In this document: one piece after another, positions 60,929-64,000 of the stretch | Layout of the letters: each line of letters begins with the position of its first letter | Position numbering within the stretch: position 1 is the stretch's first letter | Source of the DNA: Burkholderiales bacterium | Lineage (GTDB): Bacteria; Pseudomonadota; Gammaproteobacteria; Burkholderiales; Burkholderiaceae_C | Assembly (NCBI GenBank): GCA_038250795.1 | Contig: JBBSBZ010000001.1 | Location: 2,842 to 66,841 of the forward strand | Direction of reading: 5' to 3' | Length of the DNA: 64,000 nt | The notes under the pieces: generated by a model | The model's input: the letters and a program-made list of their open reading frames with translations, nothing else | What the model was told of the DNA's origin: nothing | Database searches by the model: none | Position numbers and translations under genes: made by a program

Positions 60929-61971
60929 CGTCCACGCCCTTTCTGACGTTCCTCTGGCCGTCGATGCTGTGGGCGATGCTCGTCCTGCCGGTCGCCATCC
61001 TGCTCTACTGGTTCCTGATCACGCGGCGCAAGAAGACGAGCCTGCGCTACGCCAACCTCGGCCTCGTCAAGGAAGCGCTCGGCTCGCGCAGCGCCTGGCG
61101 CCGCCACGTGCCGCCGGCATTCATGTTCCTGGCGCTGGCGACGCTCCTCTTCGCGTCGTCGCGGCCGGCGGCGCTGATCACGCTGCCGTCGGCGCAGGAG
61201 ACGATCGTGCTGGCGATGGACGTGTCGGGCAGCATGCGCGCCGCCGACGTCGAACCCAATCGCCTGGTCGCGTCGCAGGAAGCGGCCAAGGCCTTCGTCG
61301 CCGATCTGCCGAGGAACGTGAAGATCGCCGTCGTCTCGTTCGCCGGCACCGCCGCAGTCGTCCAGGCGCCGACCCTGAGCCGCGACGACGTCAACGCGGC
61401 GATCGACCGCTTCCAGCTCCAGCGCGGCACCGCCATCGGCAGCGGCATCGTCCTGTCGCTGGCGACCATCTTCCCCGAGGCCGGCATCGACCTGTCGCAG
61501 ATCACCGGCGAGCGGCGCATGCCGCCCGGCCCCAACGACAAGCCGCCGCCCGACTTCCAGCCGGTGGCGCCGGGCTCCTATTCTTCGGCGGCGATCATCC
61601 TGCTCACCGATGGCCAGCGCACGACCGGCCCCGACTCGCTCGAGGCCGCGAAGATGGCCGCCGACCGCGGCATCCGCATCTACACCGTCGGTATCGGCAC
61701 CAAGGAAGGCGAGACGATCGGCTTCGAGGGCTGGTCGATGCGTGTGCGCCTCGACGAGGACACGCTGAAGGCCGTCGCCAAGCTGACCAGCGCCGACTAC
61801 TTCTACGCCGGTACCGCCGCCGACCTGAAGAAGGTCTACCAGGGTCTCAGCACGCGGCTCATCGTCGAGAAGAAGGAGACCGAGATCAGTGCCCTCCTCG
61901 CCGCCATCGGCGCGGGGCTGATGCTGCTCGCCGCGGGCCTGTCGGTCTGGTGGTTCGGGCGCGTCGCGTAG
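60925..61971 (+). CDS. BatA-like vWA domain membrane protein
   Basis: N-terminal TM pair, MIDAS DVSGSM, GTAIG, LLTDG and a C-terminal TM. Confidence 0.92.
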   Translation: MTSTPFLTFLWPSMLWAMLVLPVAILLYWFLITRRKKTSLRYANLGLVKEALGSRSAWRRHVPPAFMFLALATLLFASSRPAALITLPSAQETIVLAMDVSGSMRAADVEPNRLVASQEAAKAFVADLPRNVKIAVVSFAGTAAVVQAPTLSRDDVNAAIDRFQLQRGTAIGSGIVLSLATIFPEAGIDLSQITGERRMPPGPNDKPPPDFQPVAPGSYSSAAIILLTDGQRTTGPDSLEAAKMAADRGIRIYTVGIGTKEGETIGFEGWSMRVRLDEDTLKAVAKLTSADYFYAGTAADLKKVYQGLSTRLIVEKKETEISALLAAIGAGLMLLAAGLSVWWFGRVA

Positions 61972-62179
61972 CGGCGACGTCGACACGTTTCATCACGACC
62001 TCCGCGAACATCCCGTTACCGAGTTGACGGGATCGACACGATCGCTCCCTCGAGAGACGACACAAATCTGCCGAAGCAGACTTTGTACCGGCCGTGGCCG
62101 CGGCGTGGAGCGCCGCGACGCACGGACCGAAGTACCTTCGGGCTTCGAGAAGAGGTCGTCCAGGCAAGGGGCAGATGGA

Positions 62180-62506
62180 ATGAGGACGTACCGGTTGTAC
62201 AAGTCGCCCGAGGGCGACATCGTTCGCGTCAAGATGGGTTTTTCATGGCAGGCGTTTTTCGTCGGATCGCTCTCGGCGATCGTCAAGCGCACCTGGCTGC
62301 TGGCGGCGGTCGGCCTGCTCTACTACGTGGGCGAGGCCTACTTCAACGGCGCGCCGACGCCCACCTCGCGCACCGCCGCGGTCGCCCTCGCAGGCCTGGG
62401 CTTCTACGCGATCTACATGCTCTTTTGCGGCGTCAACGGCAACCGTTGGCTGTGCGGGTCGCTGCGCCGTCGCGGCTTCACGCTGATCGGCGAAGAGCGC
62501 CGCTGA
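62180..62506 (+). CDS. Small membrane protein, DUF2628-like
   Basis: VKMGFSWQAFF, two hydrophobic helices, GNRW...LRRRGF; 108 aa. Confidence 0.7.
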   Translation: MRTYRLYKSPEGDIVRVKMGFSWQAFFVGSLSAIVKRTWLLAAVGLLYYVGEAYFNGAPTPTSRTAAVALAGLGFYAIYMLFCGVNGNRWLCGSLRRRGFTLIGEERR

Positions 62507-62551
62507 AAGCACGGATCTTCCGGCTGCGCGAGCGACGGAATCTCCATGCTT

Positions 62552-64000
62552 TCAGCCGAAGCGGCCGTGCAGGAACCAGCCGCTTTCATTCGTTCCTTCG
62601 GCCGATAGCGGCAAGCGCGCGCGGTAGATCCAGACCAGCGCACCATCGGCCGTCTCGGCGATGAAGTAGTCGCGCTCGGCGAGGCCGGCATCCCACCAGC
62701 CGGCCTCGATCCGCTCGGGGCCCGAGAGCAGGCTGAGCGGCCGGCCGTCGAGCAGGGGACGCGAGCGCCGCTCCTGCAGCGGCTCGCAGACCGGCTGCAG
62801 CCAGACCGGTCTTGCCGACGCCGTCATCGGCAGGGTCTCGTGCGTCGTCGATGCCGCCGGCATCTCGCGACGACCCTTCGACCTCGCGCCCCGCGATGGC
62901 CGCGCCGCGGCGTCGGCGCGGCTGAGCCCGCTCGCCCGCTCGGGTCGATGGTCCTCGACCGCGCCGAGGCACTGCACCTGGTCTGCGCCGAGGCGCGCCT
63001 GCAGCCGCTCGATCAATCGCGTCAGGCCTTCGTTCTCGCTTTGCCGGGTCGGGAAGAGCTCGCTGTTGGGCGCGGCGCGCTTGACGATGTCCTCGGCCTG
63101 GAGCGCGAGCTCGAGCGTCGGCGCCGGCAACTGCACCTGCGCCAGGCGCTCCCTCAGCAGCACGAGCAGGTGGGCGCTGTCGCGCGCGGGCTCGGCGAGG
63201 GCGATCTCGAGCGAGGTCGCCTGCGGCGTGCGATCGCCCTGCTGCCAGCGCGTCTCGTGGTGCATGAGAAGGCGAAAGCGCCGCACGAAGGCGTGCTGCG
63301 CCGCCAGCCACGTGACGAGACGCGCGAGCAGCACCGACGCACCGTGGAGGACCTGCTCGGTGCTGTCGGCACGGGCGAAGAGCTCGAGGCGGCTTTCGAA
63401 CAGTCGCGCCGGCACGACCCACTCGCGCGGATCGGGCCGGCGGCCGAAGGCGGCGTCGATCTCCAGCAGCAGCGACTCGCCGAAGCGGCGCGCGAGTCCG
63501 GCCCGCGGCAGGCCGAGCAGGTCGCCGACACGACGCAGGCCCATGCCCTGCAAGGCCTCCCAGTGCTCGCGGCCCGGCCCGAGCAGCCAGACCGGCGCGA
63601 CAGCGAGCGCCGATCGCGTCGCCTCCAGGCTCGCGCAGCGCGGCGGCGGCTCGACGCGGGCAAGGATCGCTGCGCCAGCGGCGGTCGCGGCGACGGCGAT
63701 GCGCAGCTCGTGGCCGAGCGGCTGCATCGCCTGCAGCAGCCGCTCGAGCAGGCGGTCGAGGCCGCCGAAGTAGCGCAGGCTCGCCTGCACTTCGAGCAGC
63801 ACGGTGTGCGGCGCGGCATTCGGCTCGCTCGCAGCCGGCAGCGACACGCTCGGCGTGAAGGCGAGCGCGGCATGCGCGACCGGCAGCAGAGCCTCGACGT
63901 CGCGCGTCGCGTCGGCCTGGCCGAGAACGAGGCGCGGCGCGAGCGCGAGCGCGGTCGCGCGCTTCAGCCCCGGCTTGACGCCCTCGGCCTGCGCGGCAGC
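62552..64000 (-). CDS. imuB: ImuB-like inactive Y-family polymerase, 5' end outside the window
   Basis: In frame to the window edge. GVKPGLKRATALAL, FTPSVS, LLEVQASLRYFGG, GLARRFG and the C-terminal GPERIEAGWWD...RDYF...WIYR...WFLHGRFG. Confidence 0.92.
   Translation of the reverse strand, partial: AAAQAEGVKPGLKRATALALAPRLVLGQADATRDVEALLPVAHAALAFTPSVSLPAASEPNAAPHTVLLEVQASLRYFGGLDRLLERLLQAMQPLGHELRIAVAATAAGAAILARVEPPPRCASLEATRSALAVAPVWLLGPGREHWEALQGMGLRRVGDLLGLPRAGLARRFGESLLLEIDAAFGRRPDPREWVVPARLFESRLELFARADSTEQVLHGASVLLARLVTWLAAQHAFVRRFRLLMHHETRWQQGDRTPQATSLEIALAEPARDSAHLLVLLRERLAQVQLPAPTLELALQAEDIVKRAAPNSELFPTRQSENEGLTRLIERLQARLGADQVQCLGAVEDHRPERASGLSRADAAARPSRGARSKGRREMPAASTTHETLPMTASARPVWLQPVCEPLQERRSRPLLDGRPLSLLSGPERIEAGWWDAGLAERDYFIAETADGALVWIYRARLPLSAEGTNESGWFLHGRFG

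Overview
This is a very GC-rich chromosomal segment (roughly 70% by eye) from a Betaproteobacterium. Gene content and order suggest Burkholderiales of the Rubrivivax/Caldimonas/Piscinibacter type, which is an inference. It holds about 60 densely packed CDS. Housekeeping genes include argG, murB, yajQ, rsuA, ribF-ileS-lspA, gor, cspA and dcp. Other blocks are a FadR-regulated sugar/sugar-acid ABC uptake and catabolism cluster, a TctBA transporter, a multi-PAS hybrid kinase, a membrane Ser/Thr kinase, and the 3' part of imuB. I saw no tRNA, rRNA, CRISPR array, transposase, integrase or prophage gene. Most long ORFs in the six-frame track are antisense or off-frame shadows of real genes. The best candidates for undescribed biology are: (1) a MesD-like folate-independent methionine synthase with no adjacent mesX, translationally coupled instead to a 2OG-Fe(II) dioxygenase and preceded by a cupin/flavin-monooxygenase pair; (2) a coupled PAP2 phosphatase / lipid kinase / metallophosphoesterase trio; (3) a membrane protease-MoxR-DUF58-vWA operon; (4) imuB with no downstream dnaE2; (5) two tiny convergent membrane proteins; (6) unusual in-frame insertions in TctB and in an IlvD/Edd dehydratase; and (7) a one-base frameshift in a GST gene. 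All family assignments come from motif recognition by eye; no database search was run.
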